IMG/VR virus record: IMGVR_UViG_3300042261_002385
Span: 186,001-250,000 of that record
Direction: 5' to 3' (one strand)
Length of the DNA stretch: 64,000 bases
Position 1 is the stretch's first letter; the number at the start of each line of letters is the position of its first letter. Of the stretch, positions 1-9,981 are shown piece after piece. Below the pieces are notes generated by a model. The model was not told where the DNA came from and made no database searches. It was given only the letters and a program-made list of their open reading frames with translations. Both the position numbers and the translations under genes were made by a program.

Positions 1-25
1 TCTACAATTTAATATATAAATATAA

Positions 26-811
26 ATGAAGAAAATTATGTTATCTGTTTATAACATACTCAAAGACTTGATTTTTTCTCAGAAGAAAATTGATAAATCA
101 AAACTTCCATCTCAAGGACTTTTTTATAAAGATGACCTTAATATATTTATTAAAAGGGCAAAAGAAGAGGATATAAACGAGTATGAAAGAAATTTCGTAA
201 AGAATAATTTAGGTCTAATAATTCAAAAAGTAAAACAGATAGTTGAAAATAATATTATTTTATCTAAAGGTTATTTATTTGAAGACCTAAAAAGTATAGA
301 CGTTGTTTTCATTTTTCTTGAAATTGTAAAATATACTAAAAACCAAAGCATTGTCATAAATTATGTTGATGAAATTAATAACAAACTAGACGATATTGAG
401 TTTAATCAAACTACATTTAACTATCATAAATTAAGTGACGAAGTTATGAAAAACTATAACCGTGAAGAAAAAAACTTTAAACTTAATGGATACACATACA
501 CATTACCTTCAATTGGAGTAGAAAATAGTTTAACCTTCTTTTTGTTCCACAAATCAACATCACAAGATTCTCACGTTTATCAGAATCTTTTCTATGACTT
601 CACATATTTTGTTGGAGATAAAAACTTTTTGACTTTTCAAGAGATTGAAAATCTGATACAAATTTTCAATCAAGATATTGAAAAAGAAGAATTAGAGAAA
701 GTTAAAAAAACCTTAGAAGTCTTTATTCCGCTACAAAAATATTCTCTAATAAAAGACGGCAAAGAAATAGATATAAATTCTAAAATAGATTTAGAAAATA
801 TCTGGAAATAA
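26..811 (+). CDS. Baseplate hub assembly protein-like (T4 gp26-like), paralog of 49235..50173
   Basis: LPSQGLFY motif parallels LPCGQFYP in 49235..50173; NGYTYTLPSIG parallels NGKFFELTPPNIG; AATATATA at 11-18 upstream. Confidence 0.5.
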   Translation: MKKIMLSVYNILKDLIFSQKKIDKSKLPSQGLFYKDDLNIFIKRAKEEDINEYERNFVKNNLGLIIQKVKQIVENNIILSKGYLFEDLKSIDVVFIFLEIVKYTKNQSIVINYVDEINNKLDDIEFNQTTFNYHKLSDEVMKNYNREEKNFKLNGYTYTLPSIGVENSLTFFLFHKSTSQDSHVYQNLFYDFTYFVGDKNFLTFQEIENLIQIFNQDIEKEELEKVKKTLEVFIPLQKYSLIKDGKEIDINSKIDLENIWK

Positions 812-836
812 AAAAACCTCCCAATATGAGAGGTTT
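809..836 (-). terminator. Intrinsic terminator after the TROVE gene
   Basis: Stem AAACCTC/GAGGTTT next to an A-run (U-tract on the minus strand) between convergent genes. Confidence 0.6.
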
Positions 837-840
837 GAAG

Positions 841-2295
841 TTAAACGAGTGATATAGATTTAATATCATTATATAAAGCCATTTTATCAGTCTCCATAAG
901 TTTCATAATATCAAAAACTTTATCAGAAAAACCAGCTAAACAAAAAACATTACTTTCAGGTAACTGTAAAGTTCCATAACCAGCCAAGTCCCAAGAGTAA
1001 ACAAACGGATTAGCATCAAATCTTTTCTTGTAAGCTTTGAACTCAGAAGAAGGACTAGTATAACCCACCCAACCTTGCATATCACTTAAAATAATAACTC
1101 GGTCATATTTTTTGTTTGCTTTTTGAAAAATTGATTTAAAGTTAGTTCCACCACCAGAATACTTGAAGCTGTTTCTGATAGACATAACAGAATCTAATGG
1201 ATTATATGATTTATAATTAGCATTTGTTGCAAAAGTCATAACATCACAGTTATTAACTTTAGCTAAAATAGCACCAAATAGTGACGCTATTTCAGATGCT
1301 CTACCCATCATAGAACCAGAAACATCCATAACTACTAGTGTTTCACCATCAAATTTAGGAACGTTCTGAACAGAAATTTCCAACGCTTGGTTGATAGCAA
1401 CTAAGACCTCTCTAACTTCTTTTGATTGACCAACTTTTTCAATCTCATCAAAAGCTGTAGTGAAACGAAAAGGTAAAACTCGTGATTTTTTAATTAAATT
1501 CTCATCAACTAACATCTCACAAGCAGCCTTAACAGATTGAGGAGACTGAGTAATTATGTTTCTTAGATTTCTAAGAAGAGCAAAATATCCAATCTTTCTA
1601 GTTTCAATCAACTCAGACCAAGCATTTGATTTTAAATCAGCTAATTCTTCTTCAGACTCAGCAACTTGACCAACTTTAGACAATTTAGCTTCCCAAGTGT
1701 CTGTATTTTTAAGTTCACCTTTAATAAGTAACTCAAGTGCCTCTTTATTTCTAAATGTAGGAACCGGGTGAACTAAATTTACAATATCCACAAGTTTAAC
1801 TTCTTTATTCTCACCTTTATACTTAGCTAATTGATAACCATCAAATTTATCAAAAGCCTTAGCAAATCCTTTTTTCAAAGCATTTGGAAACTTTGGATTG
1901 TCTTTTTCGGTTTTATAAGCCAAATAATAAGAAAGAATTTCGGTCATATCATCAACTCTAACGACAACTTTGTTGTAAAAATCTTTACCCCAATCAGCCC
2001 CAGATAACTGTGAAGTTAATTCAGCGGCTAAAGCGTGAGTCACACTACGCATTCCAAACTTATCACGAGCAAAGATAGCAGATTTAGCGACAAACTCTTT
2101 GTCTTTAACTTTCTCTGATAGTTTTTTCAACTCAACTAAAGTGGATTGAGCACCTCGGTAAAACTGGTCATTAACAAATGATGTTAATAACAAAGATACA
2201 AGAGCCATCTCAGATGACTGTGAGTATGCTTGACCACCAGCTAAGTTTTCAGTTAGTGTTTTTTGTTTTGGCATTGTTGCGTTAAATTTCGACAT
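841..2295 (-). CDS. rsr: Ro60/Rsr-like TROVE domain RNA-binding protein with C-terminal vWA domain
   Basis: N-terminal NLAGGQAY; helical TROVE region (ARDKFGMRS, TWEAKLS, GYFALLRNLRNI, RVLPFRF); vWA MIDAS motif DVSGSM, GGTN and ILSDMQ. Confidence 0.93.
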   Translation of the reverse strand: MSKFNATMPKQKTLTENLAGGQAYSQSSEMALVSLLLTSFVNDQFYRGAQSTLVELKKLSEKVKDKEFVAKSAIFARDKFGMRSVTHALAAELTSQLSGADWGKDFYNKVVVRVDDMTEILSYYLAYKTEKDNPKFPNALKKGFAKAFDKFDGYQLAKYKGENKEVKLVDIVNLVHPVPTFRNKEALELLIKGELKNTDTWEAKLSKVGQVAESEEELADLKSNAWSELIETRKIGYFALLRNLRNIITQSPQSVKAACEMLVDENLIKKSRVLPFRFTTAFDEIEKVGQSKEVREVLVAINQALEISVQNVPKFDGETLVVMDVSGSMMGRASEIASLFGAILAKVNNCDVMTFATNANYKSYNPLDSVMSIRNSFKYSGGGTNFKSIFQKANKKYDRVIILSDMQGWVGYTSPSSEFKAYKKRFDANPFVYSWDLAGYGTLQLPESNVFCLAGFSDKVFDIMKLMETDKMALYNDIKSISLV

Positions 2296-2323
2296 GACTT
2301 TTATTTTTTTTAATTTTTTCTAC

Positions 2324-2364
2324 AAAAAAAAGACCAGACTATCCGAAGATAAATCTGGTCTTTT
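2324..2364 (-). terminator. Intrinsic terminator between the structured RNAs and the TROVE start codon
   Basis: Minus strand AAAAGACCAGATTTATC-TTCG-GATAGTCTGGTC followed by 8 T. Confidence 0.85.
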
Positions 2365-2374
2365 ATATAATGTT

Positions 2375-2600
2375 GCAAACAAGATAATTTAGCCTGAGCG
2401 TTACAAAGAATTCTCCCGAAACTCTGCCGATAGTTGTAGTGACCATCTCACTTAACCCTTTACGTGGAATCATCCGGACTTTTTCACCTCAGCCATCTTT
2501 CAGGACTTGTTGGTAGTCTTAGCTGTCGCCATTAGACACTTTTCGATCGTTCTTAATTGAAATTGTATCTCGAAGTATCTCAAACTATCGCTATGTTTGC
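2375..2600 (-). ncRNA. Ro60-associated structured RNA 1 (Y-RNA-like, about 226 nt)
   Basis: Ends pair (GCAAACA/UGUUUGC; GAU/AUC; AGUUUGAG/CUCAGGCU with two G-U pairs that work only on the minus strand); GC visibly above background; internal hairpins; non-coding; next to TROVE. Confidence 0.72.
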
Positions 2601-2613
2601 TTTTAAACTATAT

Positions 2614-2695
2614 AATTGACCAGAGTAAATTGTCAAAGAGTGTTTTTTCATAATCCAAATTTCGAAGTAACTCTCTAACTCACTACTGGGTAATT
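2614..2695 (-). ncRNA. Ro60-associated structured RNA 2 (about 80 nt), same core fold as RNA 1
   Basis: CCA/UGG, UAGU bulge, GAGU/ACUC, AAUUU bulge, UAGAGAG/CUCUUUG; shares UAGYGA...GAGnUACUUCGA with RNA 1. Confidence 0.7.
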
Positions 2696-2818
2696 GTCAG
2701 TTAAACTTTTATTTCAAAAAATTAAAAAGTTTAAAAGGTTTTAATTTTTTTTCTTAAAAGTATGTTATATATCAACCTTAGAAATTTCGTTTTTTTCGAA
2801 GGTGGATTTTTTATAGCA

Positions 2819-2852
2819 TAAAAAAAGGAGAAAGTTTTAATTTTTCTCCTTT
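2819..2852 (-). terminator. Intrinsic terminator after nrdA
   Basis: Stem AAGGAGAAA/TTTCTCCTT with A-run on the plus strand. Confidence 0.75.
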
Positions 2853-2876
2853 AAGTATTTTTTATTAGAATCCTTA

Positions 2877-5429
2877 TCAGGAACCACATGAGAGGCAATC
2901 CTCTGGTGAATCCAAGCTACACGAGATTTCAGCCATTTGGTCTTCAACTGTTTTAACTTCTTTTTCTTCTTGAATAGTGAACTTAACTGCATCTGATGCA
3001 GATTTGTTTCTTAAGTAATACATACCAGTTTTAAGATTGTTTTTCTTTTCTCTATAGAATCTTGGACTACCGTCTTTATCATAAACAACTTGACAGTTTT
3101 CATCCTGTGGCAAAATTACTTGTCCCATATCATCTTTAAGTAGACTTCTTCTACCCCAACCATAAAAATGCATTGAAGTCAATTTTGCAAAGTTTGGAGA
3201 ATCCATAAAGATATTCATAGACTGTGTTTGGTCAATGAAAGCACCTCTCTCAGCCGCCATATCAATAACGTCTCTTTGTTTAATCTCATAAACTGTTTTG
3301 AAAATTTCCTTTATATTAGTAGGAATCTGTGGAACATTTTGAACTGAACCATTTTCTGAAATAATTCTTTTTCTTAAATTATCATCCCATATACCTAACT
3401 TAACTAATTCTTTCACTAAATATTTGTTAACTAAGATAAAAGTTCCTGATAGAACACCTCTTGTATACATATTTGAAGTTTGAGCCTCACAAGATGCTTC
3501 ATTTCCTAAGATAGAAGCAGTAGATGCCGTTGGCATAATACAAGTCGTAAGTGAGTTTCTAACTCCATATTTTTTAACTTCTTCTCTAAGTTTTTCCCAG
3601 TCCCATCTCTTAGTAGGTTTTGCTCCCCATAAGTCAAATTGAAATTTACCTTCAGACATTGGCGAACCTTTATAAGTAGCATAGTAACCGTCAACTTTAG
3701 CTAAATCACAAGATGCTTTAATCGAAGCGTAATAAATAGTTTCAAAAATCTCTTTATTGATTTGTTTTGCTTCATCTGAATCATAAGGTAATCCTAATAC
3801 GAAAAATACATCAGCTAGACCCTGAACACCTAAACCAACTGGTCTGTGTAATAGATTTGAAAATTTAGCAGCCTTAGAAGGATAGAAATTCACATCAATT
3901 ACATTGTTAAGATTAATAATAGCTTGATAAGCTACTTCATAAAGTTTATTGAAATTATAAGTCTTGTTTTTGTTAACAAATTTAGGAAGAGCTATTGAAG
4001 CTAAGTTACAAACAGCAGTTTCATTAACTGATTCTTCACCAATGAACTCAGATAACCCTAACTTATTTAAAAGTTCTGTGTCCTTTAATACGTCACTTTG
4101 AACTTTAGTAACACCAGTTGCTTCAACAATTTCAGCACAAAGATTAGAACTTCTAACAATTCCAATATTAGATTGATTTGATTTCTCGTTAATTGAATCT
4201 TTATAAAGAATATAAGGAGTTCCTGTTTCGATTTGAGATTCTAAAATTTTATTCCAAACTTCTCTTGCTTTAACAGTTTTTTTAGCTTTTCCTTCACTTT
4301 CATATTTCAAATATAATTGTCTAAATTCATCACCAAAAGTTTCATTAAGACCTTCACACTCGTTTGGACACATTAATGACCAATCCTCATCTAAATCTAC
4401 TCTTTCCATAAATAAATCATTAACCCACATAGCCAAGAAAAGGTCACGTGCTCTGATTTCATCTTTACCTTGATTCTTACGAAGGTCTAAGAACTCCATA
4501 ATATCACCGTGCCAAGGTTCCATATAGATAGCGATTGAACCTTTACGTTTACCACCACCCTGGTCAACCGCTCTTGCAGTTTCGTTGAAGATTTTTAAGA
4601 AAGGAATAATTCCATTTGATGTTCCGTTAGTTCCAGCAATGTAAGTTCCTTTAGCTCTAACTTTATTAAATGAAATACCAATACCACCTGCGTTTTTTGA
4701 AATTTGAGCAGACTCTTTAAGAGTGTTAAAAATTCCTTCAATTGAGTCAGTTTCTGTATCAAGTAAGAAACAAGAAGACAATTGTGGTCTAGTTGTTCCT
4801 GAGTTAAATAATGTAGGAGTAGCGTGTGTATAGTAACCTTCGGAAAGAGTGTTATAGGTTTCAATTACTCTGTCTAAGTTTTCTCCCCAAATTTGAAGAG
4901 CTGTTCTCATATACATATATTGAGGTCTTTCAGCAACTTCACCGTTTATTTTAAGCAAATATGATTTTTCTAATGTTTTATATCCAAAATAATCAAAATT
5001 ATGGTCTCTTGAGTGAACAATTGCAGAATCTAATTCATCAGCATATTTTTTTACTATTTTAAAAAAACTTTCAGAAACAATTGGAGAATGTTTACCTGTT
5101 TTTGGATTTATATAGTTGTAAAGATCTTTAACTGTTTCAGAAAAACTTTTCTTTGTTTCTTTATGTAGTGCAGTAATAGCTAGTCTAGCAGCTAAGACTG
5201 AATAATCCGGATGTTTTGTTGTAAGTGAAGCCGCAGTTTCCATTGCTAATTGGTCTAGTGTAGAAGTCTTGATATCAGGTGTCACACCAGCGATAACTTT
5301 CTGAGCTACATCAAATGGTGATATCCATTTTGAATCTAATCCATAAGTCTGTTGATTTATTCTTTCTAAGATTTTATCCAGCATTACTGGTTCTTTTTTA
5401 CCATTTCTTTTCGTTACTTTAATATTCAT
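2877..5429 (-). CDS. nrdA: Class Ia ribonucleotide reductase large subunit with ATP cone
   Basis: ATP cone (VTKRNG), ATPTLFN, QLSSCF, SNLCAEI, VCNLAS, MPTAST, KTGMYY and C-terminal CLSCGS. Confidence 0.97.
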   Translation of the reverse strand: MNIKVTKRNGKKEPVMLDKILERINQQTYGLDSKWISPFDVAQKVIAGVTPDIKTSTLDQLAMETAASLTTKHPDYSVLAARLAITALHKETKKSFSETVKDLYNYINPKTGKHSPIVSESFFKIVKKYADELDSAIVHSRDHNFDYFGYKTLEKSYLLKINGEVAERPQYMYMRTALQIWGENLDRVIETYNTLSEGYYTHATPTLFNSGTTRPQLSSCFLLDTETDSIEGIFNTLKESAQISKNAGGIGISFNKVRAKGTYIAGTNGTSNGIIPFLKIFNETARAVDQGGGKRKGSIAIYMEPWHGDIMEFLDLRKNQGKDEIRARDLFLAMWVNDLFMERVDLDEDWSLMCPNECEGLNETFGDEFRQLYLKYESEGKAKKTVKAREVWNKILESQIETGTPYILYKDSINEKSNQSNIGIVRSSNLCAEIVEATGVTKVQSDVLKDTELLNKLGLSEFIGEESVNETAVCNLASIALPKFVNKNKTYNFNKLYEVAYQAIINLNNVIDVNFYPSKAAKFSNLLHRPVGLGVQGLADVFFVLGLPYDSDEAKQINKEIFETIYYASIKASCDLAKVDGYYATYKGSPMSEGKFQFDLWGAKPTKRWDWEKLREEVKKYGVRNSLTTCIMPTASTASILGNEASCEAQTSNMYTRGVLSGTFILVNKYLVKELVKLGIWDDNLRKRIISENGSVQNVPQIPTNIKEIFKTVYEIKQRDVIDMAAERGAFIDQTQSMNIFMDSPNFAKLTSMHFYGWGRRSLLKDDMGQVILPQDENCQVVYDKDGSPRFYREKKNNLKTGMYYLRNKSASDAVKFTIQEEKEVKTVEDQMAEISCSLDSPEDCLSCGS

Positions 5430-5545
5430 ATTTGCCTTATAATTTTTTTGTTAGTTATATATTGAACCACTTTTTAAATCAAAATATCAATTTTGAATTT
5501 TTTCGAGGTTTTTTATATCATTATTTTTATTTTTTTCACATTTTT

Positions 5546-6499
5546 TTACAAAAAGTCTATGTTGTTTAATTTATTTAGGTTGTACTTAAATTTAGTATTA
5601 TTTAAAATTTTTGTTATATCTAAAATCTCTACCCAATATATTTTTTCAAATGAATCAACTTTGAAAATTGAGTCTTCATAATTTGTTTCCAATACAACTC
5701 CAGTAATTAATTTATCTTCTTCTAACATATCATCAAACCAAACAAATTCAATTTCAGTTCCTTCGTAGATATTTCTGTTTGTCACATCTTTGGAGTTTTG
5801 GTTTTTACCAATATGATCTTGAAGTTCATTAATTATCAAATTTCTCCAGCTATTATCTAAAAGTTTAAACATATTAAACAGATTATCAGAGAAATAGACC
5901 GCTAATTCATTAAATAATTCGACATTTGTAAAACTTTCATCTTTTAAATTCATTCTTAATAATGAATAATATTGATTAAAATCATTACGAGAAGGTTTTC
6001 TTCTGTTATTTAAGAAATTTATTGTTGTATTTTCTTTTAGGACATCGTAGACTCTCTCTTTTACAAGTTTTGCTCTAATGTAGGATTCATTATCCATAGA
6101 CTCTGTGTGATAAGCTGAAGACTTATCAACTTCAATAGTTTCTTTGAAGTAGTGTGAAAATCCATCTAGTGAGTCTTCATCGACAGGTTCTTCTTTTTTA
6201 CCTTTAAAAATTGAGTCATATTTTAATGAGTGTTTTCCTTCAATTTTATGTTTTGATAAGATAATCTCATCTTCTGAACTTTCTACTTCTGTAGTAGATT
6301 CCGGTTCATCAAGTTTTAAATCATCTTCATCTATTTCGATAATAATTTCTAAATCAGAATCATCATCATCTAATGACAATTCACTATCAGAATCTTCGTC
6401 TTCTGTTTCTTCTACTTCTTCTTGAAATGAATCTGTATCATCATCATTTTCAATGTCGTTTTCAAAGTCGTCATCTTCATCTACTCGCTTCTTAGCCAT
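5546..6499 (-). CDS. Hypothetical protein with highly acidic N-terminus
   Basis: 317-aa ORF in line with the helicase; first ~80 aa very D/E-rich. Confidence 0.75.
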   Translation of the reverse strand: MAKKRVDEDDDFENDIENDDDTDSFQEEVEETEDEDSDSELSLDDDDSDLEIIIEIDEDDLKLDEPESTTEVESSEDEIILSKHKIEGKHSLKYDSIFKGKKEEPVDEDSLDGFSHYFKETIEVDKSSAYHTESMDNESYIRAKLVKERVYDVLKENTTINFLNNRRKPSRNDFNQYYSLLRMNLKDESFTNVELFNELAVYFSDNLFNMFKLLDNSWRNLIINELQDHIGKNQNSKDVTNRNIYEGTEIEFVWFDDMLEEDKLITGVVLETNYEDSIFKVDSFEKIYWVEILDITKILNNTKFKYNLNKLNNIDFL

Positions 6500-6539
6500 A
6501 GAATTATTTTTATTTTTATATAATCAAATATTAATTTGT

Positions 6540-7871
6540 TTATTGGTCTAAAAACTGGTCATTTTCCAGTGTCAAATAGGTTGGATTCAAGTTCAACCTA
6601 ATCTGTGATTTAAGAAAATCACCGTCTCTTTGTTTCAATAGCTTGAAACGATATAAATTCTGTCTTTTCATTTCTTCAGTTCTAATGATTGCAAAGAAAG
6701 TGTCAGCAGTCTCGGCAATCGCCTTTGACTCAGGAACACTTTCTAATGTAATATCAGATGAATTCCAAGCATCCTTTGCAACCTGAACTCCAGTTATGAC
6801 AGGGCATTTATACTTAGCACCAAGAGCTCTCAAACCCTCAGCCAAAGCTTTTCCTTTAGTATAAAGATTGTCAGCACCAACACCTTTTGGAGCAGCTACT
6901 AATGTGATATAATCAACAATAATTAAATCAATCTTTATATCTTTTTTATCTTTTAGTTTTTGTAAGTAGTAATCAAAGTCAGATATAGTAGCAGTTCCAG
7001 CAGCCCAGAATTTACTATAAATTTTTCCAACTTTTTTCTCAAAGATATCCCCACCCTCTTTTATATTACCTAGAGCTTTGATTCTTTTCTTAATCATATC
7101 AGTATCTTTGGACACCGAATCATAATCATTGATAGGTATTTTAAGTCTCATAGCTCCAAGTCTTTTCATCACTTTTCTCTCAGACATTTCAAGCGTTATA
7201 TAAAGAACATTGTATCCAGCATCCGCTGATTTTACTGCGAAATTTTGCATCCAGAGTGATTTACCATTATTAGTTTCAGCCATTATACAATTTAGTGTCT
7301 GTATATCCCAGCCACCACCTAACATATGGTCTAATGTTTCTAAGCCAGATTTAATTTTGAATTTAGATGAGTCTTGGACGTGATTTTCTGGGTCATCAAA
7401 GTCTGAACCTAAATCATCATCTTGAACAAAATTGGTTGACGACATTTCATCTACAATTATTTTGATTCTTTCAGCGGCTTCAATTGCTTTATCAAAATCA
7501 GAAATTTGGTCTAAATTTCTAGTTTCATCAATAATGTCAACGGTTCCAGTTTTAAGACGATTTGAAAGAACCCATGCATTGAACTTTGGTTCAATAAAGT
7601 TTTTTTCGTCATATTCTTTGAGGTCGACTTGTAGGATAGATTTTAATATTTCTTTAGTAATAACTCCTTCTTTATCCTCTAAAGAAATCATGTCTAAGAT
7701 TTGTCTCGGTGTGGGTATTTTACTATCTGTAGAATTAATCATATAATTTCTTACTACACCATAGACAAACTGTATTTCTGAATTTCTAAAGAAAAACGGC
7801 TTTACTATTTCAAAGTATTTTTTATAAGATAGTATATAATTGAAAAATACCTTCTCTAATTGAGGAGTCAT
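6540..7871 (-). CDS. gp41: T4 gp41-like replicative helicase (DnaB family)
   Basis: Walker A AETNNGKS, YITLEMSE, IIVDYI, ESKAIAETAD, LKQRDG. Confidence 0.92.
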   Translation of the reverse strand: MTPQLEKVFFNYILSYKKYFEIVKPFFFRNSEIQFVYGVVRNYMINSTDSKIPTPRQILDMISLEDKEGVITKEILKSILQVDLKEYDEKNFIEPKFNAWVLSNRLKTGTVDIIDETRNLDQISDFDKAIEAAERIKIIVDEMSSTNFVQDDDLGSDFDDPENHVQDSSKFKIKSGLETLDHMLGGGWDIQTLNCIMAETNNGKSLWMQNFAVKSADAGYNVLYITLEMSERKVMKRLGAMRLKIPINDYDSVSKDTDMIKKRIKALGNIKEGGDIFEKKVGKIYSKFWAAGTATISDFDYYLQKLKDKKDIKIDLIIVDYITLVAAPKGVGADNLYTKGKALAEGLRALGAKYKCPVITGVQVAKDAWNSSDITLESVPESKAIAETADTFFAIIRTEEMKRQNLYRFKLLKQRDGDFLKSQIRLNLNPTYLTLENDQFLDQ

Positions 7872-7920
7872 TAAATTAAAATCATTTTTTATTTATATGA
7901 CATTTAAGCAACATGGTTTA

Positions 7921-8877
7921 TTATTGCTCCTTAATTAAATCACCTTCCTGTTCTGAGTCTGTGTCGCCGTGTGTAAAATCACCAAATTTTTGTATTACTG
8001 GTGTCTCAATTTCATCCAGAATATCTCTTTTACTTTTTGGTGAAATAAATTTTCTCAATCTATCAAGAATCTCAACTAATCCGTGTTTAGCGATTCTAGT
8101 AGCTACTCCAACAGATAGCATAAAAAAGTTTGCTATAACATCATCAACTGACATCTTATGAAGTCCTATAACAGTCATAATAGCATTCATTATAGGAATT
8201 AATATAGACGTATAAGCAAACATATCAATAATTCCACCAACAGCGGCTCCTAAATGTTTTGCTATAGTAGAAAAGATGTTATTGATTCCACTAAGTGCTT
8301 TGATAACTTTTTTAACTATACCATCACCTATACCCTGCATTCTTAACTCTTCAAGCATTGACTTAGAATCTTTAGTTAATATTTCTTCCTCTTCTGGTTT
8401 TGCTTTTTTCTCTTCTAAATAAACAATTGTAATTGAAGCTATCGTCAGTAATACAACTGTTTGTTTTGAGATTTCAACACCTAATGACATATTTTGCATC
8501 ATTTGAGAAACAACTGGATAAAGTGCTCCGATTCCAGCTCCAAAAGTCAATACCAATTTCGAATCAAGTTTTAAATCAGATATTACCTTTTTTTCGATAG
8601 ATTTATAAGTTGAGAGGTCTTCTTCTATATCATCTTCTTCTTTTGGTATAAAATCATCTAAGACTTGAAATATTTCATCACTATCAAATCCCTCACTTCT
8701 AAGTTTATGATAAAACTCAGCAAATTGAGTAGTATTTGGCATAGTTTTTCCAAACTCTTGCTCAAATCTTTTTAAGATTTCATTTTTTTCACCATCATCG
8801 GATTCATTCAGAAAATTCAAGAAATCATCTACAATAACTTCTTGCCTATAATAATCATCAAATCTTTGAATTTTCAT
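7921..8877 (-). CDS. Putative packaged protein with hydrophobic segments
   Basis: N-terminus MKIQRFDDY...FLNFLNES; several hydrophobic helices; AATATATA upstream. Confidence 0.65.
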   Translation of the reverse strand: MKIQRFDDYYRQEVIVDDFLNFLNESDDGEKNEILKRFEQEFGKTMPNTTQFAEFYHKLRSEGFDSDEIFQVLDDFIPKEEDDIEEDLSTYKSIEKKVISDLKLDSKLVLTFGAGIGALYPVVSQMMQNMSLGVEISKQTVVLLTIASITIVYLEEKKAKPEEEEILTKDSKSMLEELRMQGIGDGIVKKVIKALSGINNIFSTIAKHLGAAVGGIIDMFAYTSILIPIMNAIMTVIGLHKMSVDDVIANFFMLSVGVATRIAKHGLVEILDRLRKFISPKSKRDILDEIETPVIQKFGDFTHGDTDSEQEGDLIKEQ

Positions 8878-8914
8878 AATTGTATATATTAAAATCTAAA
8901 ATTAATCTTTGGAT

Positions 8915-9910
8915 TCAATCGTAGTCATAAACATCGTAAGTTCCATCAGTATTCATAAACCTCCAATATGTTCCTTTTGGCTCATAGTTGTAAGCAACGT
9001 CTTTATGAACATAGCTAAAAGTGTCCATATATGGATATTCTTCATCTGGAAATTCAAAAACATCTAAAATTTTTACAGCTGTAAGAATTGTTTCTTCTTT
9101 TCCTCTTTTTATAAACTTAGTCAGACCTGTATTCATTTTTTTATAATAAAAATCGTTCTCATCAGCCCATCTTGTAAATTTATAATAGTCTTTATCATAC
9201 ACAAAATAAACTCTATCCATAATATTCCTACCTTCTAAGTCTGTCCAAAGAAGAGCTCTTCCCAATATAGCACCTTCTTCATCAAGTAAAACAAGAAGTT
9301 TGACACTTGGACAATATTGATAAAAACTGACATATGGAACATCATTCATACAAGAGTTCATAAGTGGATTCATACCATTATCATAATCATTAAAATGATA
9401 CAGTCTTGATGAATATCCTTTACCTATTTCACTTTTTTCCCAAATTTCAAATGTTGACTGACCACTTAGTGATTTCCATTGGTTTACAAATTTTTCTATC
9501 TGAAAATCGGTATACTTGTCACCAAAAAAGGACCTAATGAATCTACCGATATTCATTTCAGTTCTTGCAAATTGTAACAAGCTATTGTCAAGTGATGGAA
9601 AATTGATTTTTTTTATAAAGTTTATGATTTCTTCTTGGTCATCAATTTGATAAGTATCGGATACATACTTGCTTACTTTAGCAGAATCGGTGTAGACTAT
9701 CTTATCATCTGATTCAGATACAGAAATAAAAGTCCACTTACTTAAAACTTTATATTGAGAACTACCATAAGTTGCCATTAATTGAAAATCTTTAGAAATC
9801 GGAGAATCAATACTTTCAACTCTTTTAATAAAATCTTTACTAAAAAGAGTAGGTAATTTGACATCAGTCTTAGATTCTAAAATAAACTCAAAGTATCTGA
9901 ATAACTTCAT
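8915..9910 (-). CDS. Hypothetical protein with CTS-like N-terminus
   Basis: MKLFRYFEFILES; C-terminal SCMND...GRALLW...MDRVY...YPYMDTF region looks like a conserved phage domain of unknown function. Confidence 0.7.
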   Translation of the reverse strand: MKLFRYFEFILESKTDVKLPTLFSKDFIKRVESIDSPISKDFQLMATYGSSQYKVLSKWTFISVSESDDKIVYTDSAKVSKYVSDTYQIDDQEEIINFIKKINFPSLDNSLLQFARTEMNIGRFIRSFFGDKYTDFQIEKFVNQWKSLSGQSTFEIWEKSEIGKGYSSRLYHFNDYDNGMNPLMNSCMNDVPYVSFYQYCPSVKLLVLLDEEGAILGRALLWTDLEGRNIMDRVYFVYDKDYYKFTRWADENDFYYKKMNTGLTKFIKRGKEETILTAVKILDVFEFPDEEYPYMDTFSYVHKDVAYNYEPKGTYWRFMNTDGTYDVYDYD

Positions 9911-9981
9911 ATACTATATATAAAAAGTTAGAAAATGAAATAAAATTATTAATATATAACTTAAAATAAAACCTTTTATAT

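Noticed and set aside
2375-2695. RNAs as tRNA genes or a hammerhead ribozyme (UUCGA and CUGA...GAAA strings)
   Set aside because: UUCGA is not closed by a proper T-stem and there is no acceptor stem or CCA; no CUGAnGA core with correct stems
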